DNA of 63,879 nt, filler included, from Sphacelaria rigidula (lineage: Eukaryota), in the NCBI GenBank assembly GCA_964200075.2. It is 3 parts of 3 records of this genome, joined end to end, with 100 filler letters (N's around TTAATTAATTAA, not from the genome) between each part and the next. Parts side by side here need not be neighbours in the genome. Positions count along the whole stretch, not along the records: positions 21,329 to 42,555 come from CAXNAA020000450.1; 2 more parts are not named here. One strand, given 5' to 3'. The translations under genes were made by a program, and so were the position numbers. Numbering within the stretch: the first letter of the stretch is position 1; each line of letters begins with the position of its first letter. Of the stretch, positions 23,819 to 35,310 are shown in pieces. Below the pieces are notes generated by a model. It was not told where the DNA came from. It saw nothing but the letters and a program-made list of their open reading frames with translations, and searched no databases.

Positions 23819-25573
23819 CACAGGCACCGTAGGTAGGGTCGGTACCCGGTACCGGTATTTGGGACATTTCATACCCTACCGATACCGGTCCAATCGGATA
23901 TTTTCAAAACTCATACCTACGATACCCACGATACCACGGTATTTCGAGATTTTAATACCTACCTTACCCGCCCGATCGGGTATTTTCATATGTCGTGCCT
24001 ACGATACCTGCGATACCACGGTATTTCGAGATTTCAATACCTACCGTATCCGCCCAATCGGGTATTTTCATATGTCGTACTTACGATACCTGCGATACCT
24101 GCGATATCACGGTATTCCGAGATTTCAATACCTACCGCATCCGCTCAATCAGGTATTTTCAAAACCCATGCCTGCGATACCCACGTATACAACGGTTTGG
24201 GATACCCCGGTAAATACCGGGGGTATACCCGGTAATCCCGCACGCGATGCACCTCCCACGATGCAACAGCTGGTCCCAACGTATTATGCAAAGGCCAGAA
24301 GTTGTCGGCCCAAGTACGTGTTGTTTTCACAAATAATATATATCCCAGATTCCCCCTGATTTGCGTGTTTGGATGAATTTGAATGAACTCATTATTATGT
24401 AGTCTGAAGTGCGGTCGTTTTTTTTGTCGATCCTGTGGGTCCGCCGCATTTCTGTTCTCATGAGGCCTTAACTCCGTAAGTAACTAGTGGCGCGCGGAAA
24501 AAACTTCATCTCAAAGAAGGTAAGCTTTTACGGTCGAAAACATGCGGTCGAAGGACACGAAGCGGCACTTGACTCCCATCTTACAGACCACCACGCCAGA
24601 TAACACCCGTTCACAACACCATGCAAATTCCATCCAAGTCATTCTCAGGTACCATCCGAACCCTTCAGCATCGAGTACGAGTGGAGCACAGGGATAGATA
24701 CGCTGCAGTAGTTGGGTATGCTTTGTTAATTTTTTGGCGTAAACTTGCTCATTTTCTTCGTTGGTAGGATCAGCGACGGAACTGCGTGGTACGGTGGGCA
24801 ACCGAGTTGCGTACACGCTCATGGACAGTGCAGGCAGTACAAAGCCGCACGTTGTTGAATTCCTTTTCACGTCGCATTGTCAGCAGGGAGGACTAATAAT
24901 CCTGGGCTGTTCGCACTGCACGTTGCCCGCTTCTCTTGAAAATCTTATTGTACGAAATACGCAGACACGTACTCGGGACACACTGCTTGCAAGCAGTGCA
25001 GACAGTGCAGATGGTCTGTACTGTACACGGGTGACCATGTACCGTTTCACGATTTTCACCATCTTTTTGCGATCGAAAGCCCGAAAATTCCATTGAACCC
25101 AACTCGACAAAAATGTGCGATTCTCGCTCAAATCAAGTCCATGGCCACATGTTTTCCATGTATTAATATTTGCCAGGACACGCCCTGAAATGCTTCTCCG
25201 CACTGCCGGATGACAGTTTTGATTTCGGTATAGAGGGTAAGGCAGGTGGTAACCGGTACTGGTATTTGGGACATCTCATACCCTACCGATACTGACCCAA
25301 TCGGGTATTTTCAAAACCCATACCTACGATACTCACGATACCACGGTATTTCGAGATACCAGTACCTACCGTACCCGCTCAATCAGGTATTTCCAAAACT
25401 CATACGATACCTACGATACCACGGTATTTCGGGATTTCAATACCTACCGTACCCGCTCAATCAGCTATATTTTTAAAATTCATTCTTTCGATACCCACGC
25501 ATACCACGGTATGTGATACCCCGGTAAATACCGAGGGTACGCTCGGTACGGCACCTTACGTACGGTTCCTGTG
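23819..25573. mobile_element. 1.75-kb non-autonomous hAT-type element with GATACC/GGTAT subterminal arrays, nested in the 21910-26526 element
   Basis: TIRs CACAGGCACCGTAGGTAGGGT / ACCTTACGTACGGTTCCTGTG. TSD CTCTATAC (23811-23818) vs CTCTTTAC (25574-25581). Excision restores the host motif GATACTCTATACCCAGGTATTGC. Confidence 0.88.
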
Positions 25574-26589
25574 CTCTTTACCCAGGTATTGCTGAGAGAG
25601 CTTCCCCAAAATCTGGGTAAAGTATTCAAGGCCGTACCTAATTTACGCAGATTTGGGTCGAGTATTCAAGGTCTTACTTAATCTACTCAAATTTTGGGTA
25701 AATTATGGAGGTCATTCTCAAGTGATATTCTATACCCAGGAATTGCTTAGAGCGTTTACCCAAATTTGGGTAGATTGTTTGAGGTTATATCCAAGTGATA
25801 CTGTATTATATACCCGGGTATTTCGGACTGTCCTTGCCCAATATTTGGGTGGAGTATTTGAGGTCGTATTCAATCTACCCCGAATTGGGTAGAGTATTGG
25901 AGGTCTTACCTAAGTGATGCTCTTTACACCAGGTATTGCGGAGAGCGCTTGCCAAATATTTGGGTAGATTATTTGAGGTCATGTTCAATATACCCAAATT
26001 TGGGTAGAATTTTTGAGATCGTACTCAATCTACCAAAAAATTGGGTATAGTATTGAGGTCATACCCAAGTGATGGTCGTACCCAATCTACCCATATTTGG
26101 GCAGAGTATTTGAGGTCATACCCAAGTGATTCTCTATACCCAGATATTGCGGAGAGCGCTTGCCAAATATTGGGTAGACTATTTGAGGTCGTACCCAATC
26201 TACTCAATTTTTTGGGCAGAGTATTTGAGTTGGTACTAACTCTATCCGAAATACGGGTAGAGTATTGAGGTCATGCCCAAATGATATTCTATACCCGGGT
26301 ATTGCTGAGGACGCCCACCCAATATCTGGGTAGATTATTTGATGTCGTACCCAATGTACTCAATATTTGGGTAGGGTATATGAAGCCGCACTCAATTTAC
26401 CCAAGCATTGGAGATGGTATTTGTGACCGTACCCAATCTACCCAAACTCAACCCTGAGAAGAGTAAATACCCAGGTATTTTACCCGAGTATTCAGAAAAA
26501 AACAGACCCTACCCGACCTGCCCTCGGTACATTTCTATAGCAAGCCTGTGACTGATGCTGCTGTACATCTTTACTCCGGGGCACAACAT

Positions 26590-27384
26590 GCGGCATGAAT
26601 CATGCGTATATGTTCCTTACCTTCCATTCATCCACCATATATCAAGTGTATATGCTTCCCACCGTTCATATGTGCAGCGTGAGTCATGCGTCAATGTTCT
26701 CCACCTTCGGTCCATACGATATATATTATGTGAACATGTAGCTTCACACTTGTCATTTCACGGGACGCGACTCTTCGGTGGCGTGGCCCTTTGGCAGGTC
26801 GGATAGATGAATAAAAGCGTACTGGTTGCGAACCCCTCGTGAGCCAAATCCGCAACAAACCCAATTCCAAATTTTGCACTCAAACATAACACACTACAGT
26901 AAACACATGCGTCTGCGTGCCCAGAGCGGTTTTTATAGCTAGTTTCCCCCCACCCGAACTATACGCTTGACAGCCTTTGTGTTTTCAGGTTGTGTTCTGT
27001 GGTACAGTTGACCTGACCGTACTGTGTACAATGTCACGAAGACTTGCAAATAACACAGCATAAGCACGAGTCGTCCTCGCATGCTTCGCAGTCCACGGAC
27101 GGTACAGTACAGCATGGTACAGCACGCATCTGCGTGCCTCTAGTGATTCTTCTAGCTGTTTATTTTCCTATGATTCCTGCAGCATGAATCACGTAATTCA
27201 TGTACCGTACGTGTTTCTCACCTCGCGATCGGGAGCATGGATCATAAATACATGTTTCCCACTTTCCAATCATGAGGCGTAAATCAAGCGTTCATGTGTC
27301 TTCCTGTTCATCCATGCAGCATGAATCAAAGGCACGCGTTTTGCACCCTCCATCCGTACGAGGTGATTCTGACGTACATGTTTC
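26590..27384 (+). repeat. Degenerate tandem array of about 41-42 bp units, continuing at 33041-33120 and about 33900-34200
   Basis: Recurrent CATGTTTCCCACCTTCCATTCATGCAGCATGAATCA-like unit. The array is split by the 27385-33040 insertion. Confidence 0.6.
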
Positions 27385-27565
27385 CAAGGGCAGGTCGAGT
27401 AGAGTCTACTCAATACTCGGTTTTAGGTCATACTCAATCTGCCCAGAATTTCCGTGTTTTAATCATACCCAAATGATCCTCAATACTTGAGTATTACTGA
27501 AAGTAATTACCCAAAATATGAGCGTAGTACTTGAGGCCGTACTCAATTTACTCAAAATTTGAGTA

Positions 27566-30500
27566 TGTGAAGACCACATACATGTGAGCGTAATAAACAC
27601 CAGAATACACATGCCGGAGAAACAGCCTCAGGAGCGGGGTCTGCGAGTGTGTAAAGTAGTCCACATTTAGTACACGTACAGGTGCATGAGGAGCTGCAGG
27701 TTGGTTGTAGTAGATGTGGTTGTGAGGTTTACGTTATGATATCAGGTCATGGGATATTCTCTGGAGTATGACTTATGACTGCTTGACAGTATGTGTCTAC
27801 GGAGGTACAGCAGGTTACTTTCGATAACGAAGACTGTTTTGTGAACAACATCAGTCTTGAAGTCTCCGGAACCTGGTGAGAGAGGAAGCCCTTAAAGCAG
27901 TCTGGTGACCTTGTTCTGAGTCCGGGAGGGGTCTATAAAGAAAGTTTATTCAGGGAACCCGCTGGTTTCTGGGAAAACTGTTTTTTCAGCCACGGAGAGT
28001 TTCCGCGAATGTTTTGTTTTGTACACAGAGAGGTGTGCAGTCTGTAACGCGAGGCAGATCGTTGAACAATAGAGGGACGGCTACGTTGGCTGGAAGCATT
28101 GCATGCAGCTAAGGAAGAATGGCAGCGCGCAGAAATGGTGGCAGGAGCGATGCAGGCGTAAGGTAATGTTTGAATTTACTGAGCTTATGCCAGGTGGATC
28201 GCTAAGAGTACCGGAGTACGGACGGCGTTTCAGTGGAAATGCCTCGAGACGTATGTTTCAGGAATATGAGGATTACGAGGAAACGGTACAATTGGGCAAT
28301 AAGGGGCGCACAGTACCGGCCGCCTCATTGACCATGACAAAACTCCTGTCTAAACGCATTCGCGCGTGCCCATCACGTACAATATTCGACGGATCGGTAC
28401 TCGATGATGAACATATGAAGGAGGCACTAGGTTGACATGGGGAGAATCCTTCAGTTGCTGCAGCTGATGTGCGGCAGGCGTTGGCCGCCCGCAACGAGCC
28501 GACTGCCATGGGGAGAATCGAGGGGCAGTTGGGTGCCGCCCTCGAGGCGTTTTTCGCCGAAAACGCGAATATCGAGCGTGCCTTCCGCGAGGACGAGACA
28601 TCCAAAGCAGGACCCGCTCAAATGATTACTCGGGAATTGCACGCCGGCATGTCTCCCCCCGGAATCGATAAAAGTGCTACCCTATAATGTAATATGACTA
28701 TGTCGAATTCTTTCTATAGTTATTACCATCGTCAACTACTACAAGTGGCGTACAGCAGACCGTGTCGGGGGAAATAGTCCCGGGCTGGACATCTGAGGCG
28801 GTGTCGTCGTTGAGCTCACTTGAACCGGGTGAGGTATCAGAGTTTCAATCTGGGGGTATACGCGTAGAAAGAGAGGAAACGTGGTGTCTCGCCGACTCGC
28901 CTGTACAGAGTGCAGGGGCACAGGGTGTTTGTCCGGTCAAGGCCATTTTAGACTTGGGATCTGGAAGTACGACGACGTCGGTGGATGGGGCGGCGAAATT
29001 GCAAGCTTGGGTTCCAGACGTTCGAGTGGTCGCACCGATGGTTGGCGAACAGCTGGTGAAACTGGCTAACGGCAATATTTAGCGCGTGAAGCAGGAAACT
29101 TGCCCTGTTCGAACCGCTTTACATACCAGCTGGGGACCGGTTGTGCTGGACCCATGTTCATATGCGATCATGCCGGGTACAGATGATGTGACTATCATGG
29201 GGAGTCCCATGCTGGAGGCGCTGGGCATTAGCGTGTACAGTAGTTCAGGTGCCTAAGCACGTGCAATAAACAGTTTGGTGCAGGGTGTAAACACGCCTGG
29301 TTTTACGGACTGTCGGCGTGTCAGTATCGCGGTTAACGCTTTACAGCAACCAGGAGGCCGGGCGGAGCCCATTCCTTTCTCAATCGAGCGGTTGTTGTCG
29401 AGAAGTCCACCGATGGGCATATCTCCGGAACAAGAGCTTGCTGAGCTTGATGTTGCGCCGGAGGAGGCGCTACAAGCCGCCGCGGACAACGGTGTATCGG
29501 GTAGCGGCGTGAGCCAGATTTGTGAGCTTGTATGGAACAGAGCAAACGTTTTTCGGCCAGAGCTGCATCGTTGTCTGCCTGCTCGCGTCGAGCCCTTGAA
29601 GGTGAAATTCGAACCTAATGCTGTGGAGGCAAAGGCTCGGCCGAGGGCATACTTCCCGGTCAGGATGGCGTAGTTGGCACGCTGTATCGTAACATTGGTG
29701 GTCCTCGGGCCTGTGTACTGCAGTTTGCAGGTAGTGTGGGCGAGAGCGGCGATTGCAACGCCGAAGAAATTCTGTTTCTTCTGGATGAGTGATTACAAAG
29801 CGGGGGAGCAAGTTCCCCGTCCCCACAAGAAGGTGGTGCATGGTACTCGCCCAGGGGAGGTGTTCTATGTAAAAATTCTCAGTGTTGGCGAGAGTGGTCC
29901 GCTGGGAGGTAGTGAAGGAGATCGGTTCAAGTACAAATTGGTGGGATTGATGACCCGAGCGACTTCTTGCGTACCATCGACGCCATCGAACAGATGCCGG
30001 GGAACGCAGCGCTCGCGGCCGAGCCCTCGATAGAAGTGAAGGGGGCACCGGGCAAGTTGACCAACGGCAAGGCTGTTGGGACTGACAACCTATGTGGCGA
30101 ACTAATCAAGCTCAGCCTCACCGAGGGCTCTGCCGCACTGAAGTGTCTCCACAACCTCGTGCTTACAATGTAGCGTCTGTATGAGGTAGTGCCTCAGGAG
30201 AGAGGAGGTGGGGGGGGGGGAGCCCGCGGAGTCTTGTACGGCGGCGATGACCGTGAAGCGTCTGTTGACATGGTGCAAAGCGCTTGGGCCGCAGCAGGCA
30301 TGAGTCAGCGAGACGGCATCGGGATATAAGAAAAAAGTGGTGGGAGTTCTCGAGAAGGCCCTGATAAATCGCAGATTCTTGGTGGCCTACTCGCCGTTGT
30401 CACATCGTGAAGGTGGATGATGCGTGACATAATTCGTGCCTTGCAGGTCATGATGCAGGAAGATGCGATGTTGATGTGTGGGTGGGTTTGTATATTCGTG

Positions 30501-31802
30501 TTCGCGCAAAAAAGTGGAACCGTCCTTGTGTGGTCTGTACATACTGACGGTAGGAGATGGTGATGGATGCTGTTGGCGTGAAAAGGAGCGAAAACTACGA
30601 AATGCGTAGGCTTGTATGTGAGCAGGTATAGCGCGAGTGTTTCCAGAGGTTGAAGATGGAAGACATCACGCGCGAATACAGTAATATTTGACTGTGGCAC
30701 GTCTGTTGATGGCTTGCTATGTGTTTGGATAAGCACATGGATGGTGTTTGGCATCTGATGAACAGGGGATGGTGGATGGTGTGCCCAGTTGTCTGGAGGG
30801 AGCACCGCATATTTGTTCCGAGCTGCGTCATTTGAGACCGAGTCGAGAGTTGCGGGCACGTTTGTAGGCAACGTACGGTATCAAGCTTTGAGTGCGTGAT
30901 ATGATCGAACGCTACGGTTGGAAATTGTATCATCCTTGGCGCATTTGCTCCGTGTGAGTATGTGATGACTCGAAAATGTCGTTGATTGAAATATTGACGT
31001 CACTTGATTTGATTGAGACGTTGTCTACGAGAGTCGATGTTCATGGTCGTGCAAATTATCATTTGTTGTGGAGCATGACTATGCATGGACGTGTGTGACA
31101 AACAGGCGGACAAGGGTAGCATGGACGTGATTGTCGGTGTCTACTGTTTGTTAAACCCGCTCTCTACTTCGAGTAGTGCGGAGTTCTTGGGGTGCTGTAG
31201 AGTAGTCCACCTCTAGTACACGCACAGGTGCATCAGGAGCTGCAGGTTGGTGCAGGAGATGCGGATATGATGTTCACATCATGATATTAGGTCGTGGGAT
31301 ACTCTCTGAAGTATTACTATGACTGCTTGACAGTATATGTTTCCACGGAGGTACAGCAGGTTACTTTCGATAACAAAGACTGTTTTGTGAACAACATCTG
31401 TCTTGAAGTCTCCAAGACCTAGTGAGGGAGAACACCCTTGTTCCGAGTCCGGGAGGGGTCTAGAAGTGACGTACACTAGCGGACTCGAAACGTTCAAACC
31501 TGTGAAACTGGATCTTTGGCGACCTCGGCAACTGGGCGCCCGGTGGGAAGAGTCCGGAATAATAGAGCTACCCATAAACCCTGGTTGACCGTTCGCGGTA
31601 CTGCCGTACCGGCTCGGTCAGTTGTTCTTGCCTTCCTTCGGTCACGGCCAAATCCTTGTCCCAAACGACACTAGAAAAAATAGCCGCTCGCTTTGGATAT
31701 CCTTCGGCAGCAGAGCACGACAACATTTTTGTTTGGAACCCATAACCTCACCGCCTCACCCCTAGCGAAACCTAGTTCACAGTGGCGTCGACGACGGTAT
31801 CT
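27566..31802 (+). mobile_element. Decayed, internally deleted Ty3/Gypsy LTR retrotransposon
   Basis: Direct repeats about 27650-27935 and 31196-31462. Gag-like 28103-28687. Aspartic protease KAILDLGSG (about 28938-28965) followed by VKLANG..TCPVRTALHTSWGPV. RT start VEPLKVKFEPNA..KARPRAY..W....ATPKK. Integrase HGTRPGEV...YKLV and EPAESCTA..T.K.LLTWC. Order PR-RT-IN, with many stops and frameshifts. GAGTA flanks both sides (27561-27565, 31803-31807). Confidence 0.85.
29970..30200 (+). mobile_element. Non-LTR retrotransposon (LINE, RTE-like) fragment inserted into the Gypsy integrase
   Basis: EPSIEVKGAPGKLTNGKAVGTDNLCGELIKL...LHNLVLTM*RLYEVVPQE matches the LINE pre-RT motif (K.L.NGKA.G.D.I..EL.K ... 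VP.EW). Integrase sequence resumes at about 30220. Confidence 0.75.
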
Positions 31803-34800
31803 GAGTAGAGTATTGAAGTCGTACCCAATCTACCCAAAGTGTGGATAGAGCAAATACTCGGGCATTTTAACCAAGCATTCAAAAGTTCATACTCTACTCG
31901 ACCTGCCTTGTGTCACGGCGGATATCGGCTGTATATGTCGTATGCGTTCGAAGAACGCGTGGCATGTGCAGTGAGTTTTATTCCATTCGCATATTGGTGT
32001 TGTGTTCCATTTTGGCGTGCTCCGCCCCGGCCCCCGGCCCGTCACAACGTTCAGCTAACCAGACATTGTCGTTTAGTTACCAGTAGCAGCCCCTAATAAC
32101 AAAGCTATCAGCCCACCACTTGGCGACGTCTCGCTTGCAAGCAAGTCAAAAGCACTTCTTCGCACGCTAAAGGAAATTTGTGTTTTGTATGACTCAATGG
32201 TGGTCTGGGCTGAAAGATCTAGAAGCCACGTACTGGAGTGTTTCTCCAGTCGACTGCAATTATCAATTATCGCTTCAGTCAGCTGCTCGCACTCCGCAAC
32301 CCCAGCCTTGCTTGCTCCTTGAGAGTGATTCCTGCATCACCTCGTGGCCCGACCACCACATTTACACTGTTTCCACCGCTGGGTCGCCCATGGAGGAGTC
32401 AGTGTGCGGCCCGTACAGCGGCTCATTTTTACAATACCTACTCGACAACCCGTCTACTCGACTACCCAATGATGATGAGTAGCGCCTTGTACTGAAACTA
32501 ATGTCGAAGAGGTTGCGAGGTATGTAGTAATATACTGCCATGGATGGGGGCAGGTGAGGTGGGGCAGGTAGGTTCATTCACCTGCACGCTTTTTTTGTTT
32601 TTGATGGCCACCATTCCCTCATACCCATTGTAGCACGTGACGTAGCGTCACTCATCTCATTGATGGCCATCGTTCGCCAATATATTCAACTCAGTCTGCG
32701 AATATTTGAGAGGAGTATTTGAGGTCGTACTCGATCTACCCGAGATTTGAGTGGCGTATGTGAGGTACTCAATCTACCTAATATTTGAGTAAGTATTTGA
32801 GGTCATAATCTACTCAAAATATGAGTATTGAGGTCATACCTGAGTGATACTCTATACTCGAGTATCACTGAGAGTACCTACCCAAAATTTGAGTAAAATA
32901 TTTGAGGTCGTACTCAATCTACCCTAGTTTTGAGTATAATATTTGTGGTCGTGCTCCGTCTACCCGAAATTTGAGTAGAGTAAATACTCGAGTATTTCAC
33001 CGAGTTTTCAAAAGTCCATACTCTACCCGACCGACCCTCGCATGTTTCCCAATATTCCATCCATGCGGGATGATGCAGAAGGGACACAACCGTGGATTCA
33101 CTCGCCTGCGAAACTCGCTTGCGGGGTAAATGTTGGGTTGTGTTTCCTTCTTCCGTCAAGAAAAAAACGAAAATGTAAAATTCCGACAAGCGACATCCAT
33201 CCGTGCTCGAGTAACCTCGAAACGTTTTTTTTTTCTGCGTCCCTCGATCATGAAGGTGAGGCATTTACGTCCAGAGTCGCATCTCGAGTTCAAGTCCCCA
33301 TCCAACGAACGACCCGCTCTGCCAGGCAGCTCGAGAGGTACTCCATCGATTGCCTCTGTAATACGTGGGAAGATCGCGTGCCTGAGGGACCGCATCGGAA
33401 TTCAAACATCCATATGGTTGGAATTGCAGTCAGGGTTGGTGTTGGGGTTAGGATCAGGGGTGTGGCCCCTGCAGGGACTGGCCCCACTGCTTGTGAAAAA
33501 CGTCGATCATGAGGTGGTTTCAACTACGATGCGACCCTCTAAGCACGCGGTCCTCCCGCGCATTACAATCTCTTCTACAGCTTCGGGTCGCAGTGGAGAA
33601 CCTTACGACCGACGATTCACCCGACAAAATAAATAATAATATAGTAAACGCGGAGGAACAGTCAACACGTCAGGAGGTGATCGCACCTGTGCCGAGGCCC
33701 TCACGAACAGAAAACACCCGCTTAATACCTTGGTTTGGTATGGGGCAGCTGCAGTATTTGAGATCGCGCGGTTCTTGACACAAGGAGCAAGCCGGCCCAC
33801 GGCACCTCACAGCCCCCCCCCACATACACAGCTAGGGGAGCTCGTTATACATTTTGCTCGAGTGTCGACAGCGGACACGTACACGTTCTCCGCCCTTCAT
33901 CTATTCGAGTTGAATCAAGTGTTTCATGTTTCCCAAGCTCCGTTTATGCAGCATTGATCAATCATACGTACATGCTCCCCACCTTCCATTCATACGAGGT
34001 GAATCAAGTGTGCACGCTTCCCGCCCATGATTCATGCAGGAATTGTGACTCGCACCTATTTTGCACTCTCCATTCGTCTGATAATACTTGTAGTGTACAC
34101 ATCCCCGGCTCGTGATTCGTCCGGTATGACCTTAAACATACAACTCTACCATCCGTGATTTATACGGGATGACTCTTTGACACAATGATTCTCATTCAAC
34201 TTTTACAGGGACTTGACCCGTATGAAGTCTGATTCGTCCGAACCGTGCACTTCTTGACTTCAGTCAGTTGCCCAGGGTTTGGAAATGATATCCATCTGCA
34301 GGAAGGTCAATTGATGACCTTGGCAGTTGATGATACTCCAACATCCATTAAAGACAAAATACTGGCTTCTGGGACGCCTACAGCAAAATGATACCTGTCT
34401 ATCGGGGAGATGTCAGATAGAACTGATACCTCGTGTATTTGCTGTCCCTATTATCACCATTCTATCAACTATAATAATAACGTGATTGTTCCTCGCCTCG
34501 GAGTTGGATCAAGTGTCGAGCGAAGTTTTTCTCGGTTCTTTATCTAGTACACAATGGACCCATCGGATTTTTTTTCGTAACACACCGTCTATAAGAGGAA
34601 GCCCCCAGTCAAGAAACATGAATGTGCTTAGCGAGTGATGTTGACTTCATTTTTCAAGTGAAGGTATGCCAATGCAACCAACCACTCTGGGGGTGACTAT
34701 ATAGACGAAGCCGAACTTGAAAGCCTTGTACAACACCAGTACAAAGTAGTACTGTACTGTGAGAACTACGGCAGTACAGCACAGTTATGGAGGTGAATTA

Positions 34801-35089
34801 AGGCCTTACCGACCAAAAATCCGGTTCCCACAAGAAAATTTTGAATCCGAACGGATATTGAAGACGTCATAGACTGGTCGGGCCCGTGCCGAACATGTGC
34901 CGAAAATGACACACGCTCCATCCCAAGTTACCCAGGTTTGGGATGCGACAGATGTAATTTTTTCATCGCAATTATCTCGAGACAGGAAGCACAGCGGCCT
35001 CTGGAACTTCACAGCCCCCAGCACACACACAGAACACCTTCACAGCAGCGCAAGCAGATTTGCTCCATTCGCCACAGGGGATCCAAAAT

Positions 35090-35310
35090 GTCCCAGAACG
35101 TTGCAGGAAACGCGTTTTTCAGAACATTTTATGTTTGGTGCAGCGGCTTCCAAAGTGCTGGGCACGCGTGCGGAAATCTGTCGCCACACTGAACAGTTCC
35201 GGTGTATGGGAAGCGCACGCATCAAACCGCAGTCCAATCCTCTCCCTCGTTGCCGAGAAAATAGAGCCGAAAAATCGACACCTGCGGCTTCAGGAGCAGC
35301 AGCGTTTATC
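35090..35310 (+). repeat. Dispersed repeat, probably a DNA-transposon subterminal segment, homologous to about 19490-19700 in inverted orientation
   Basis: GGGAAGCGCACGCATCAAACCGCAGTCCAATCCTCTCCCTCGTTGCCGAGA here vs the reverse complement of TCTCGGCAACGAAGCGGAGAATTGGACTGCGGTTTCTTGCGTGCGCTTCCC at about 19528-19578. Confidence 0.7.

Larger units (their letters stand above)
21910..26526. mobile_element. Non-autonomous DNA element with arrays of GAGGTC(A/G)TACCCAA / TGGGTAGAGTATT subrepeats; left terminus not identified
   Basis: Right end TACCCGACCTGCCCTCG (to 26526) is the same TIR as in the 27385-33040 element. Subrepeat arrays at about 21915-22060, 23230-23820 and 25575-26500. Hosts three nested insertions. 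Confidence 0.65.
27385..33040 (+). mobile_element. hAT-type non-autonomous element, inflated to 5.66 kb by a nested Gypsy insertion
   Basis: TIRs CAAGGGCAGGTCGAGTAGAGT / ACTCTACCCGACCGACCCTCG. Perfect 8-bp TSD CATGTTTC (27377-27384, 33041-33048). Decayed WW...QLLAL-PAT..A..ES segment at about 32195-32340 suggests a hAT dimerisation-domain relic (inference). Confidence 0.88.

Noticed and set aside
23805..24359. 184-aa IPT/YRYL-repeat ORF (and 8541-9140) as protein genes
   Set aside because: By-products of transposon subterminal repeats inside elements with defined TIRs and TSDs.
25575..26500. Regularly recurring GAGGTC.TACCCAA motifs as a CRISPR-like array
   Set aside because: The intervening sequences are themselves repeats of each other, there are no cas genes, the context is eukaryotic, and the array is bounded by a transposon TIR; these are subterminal repeats.
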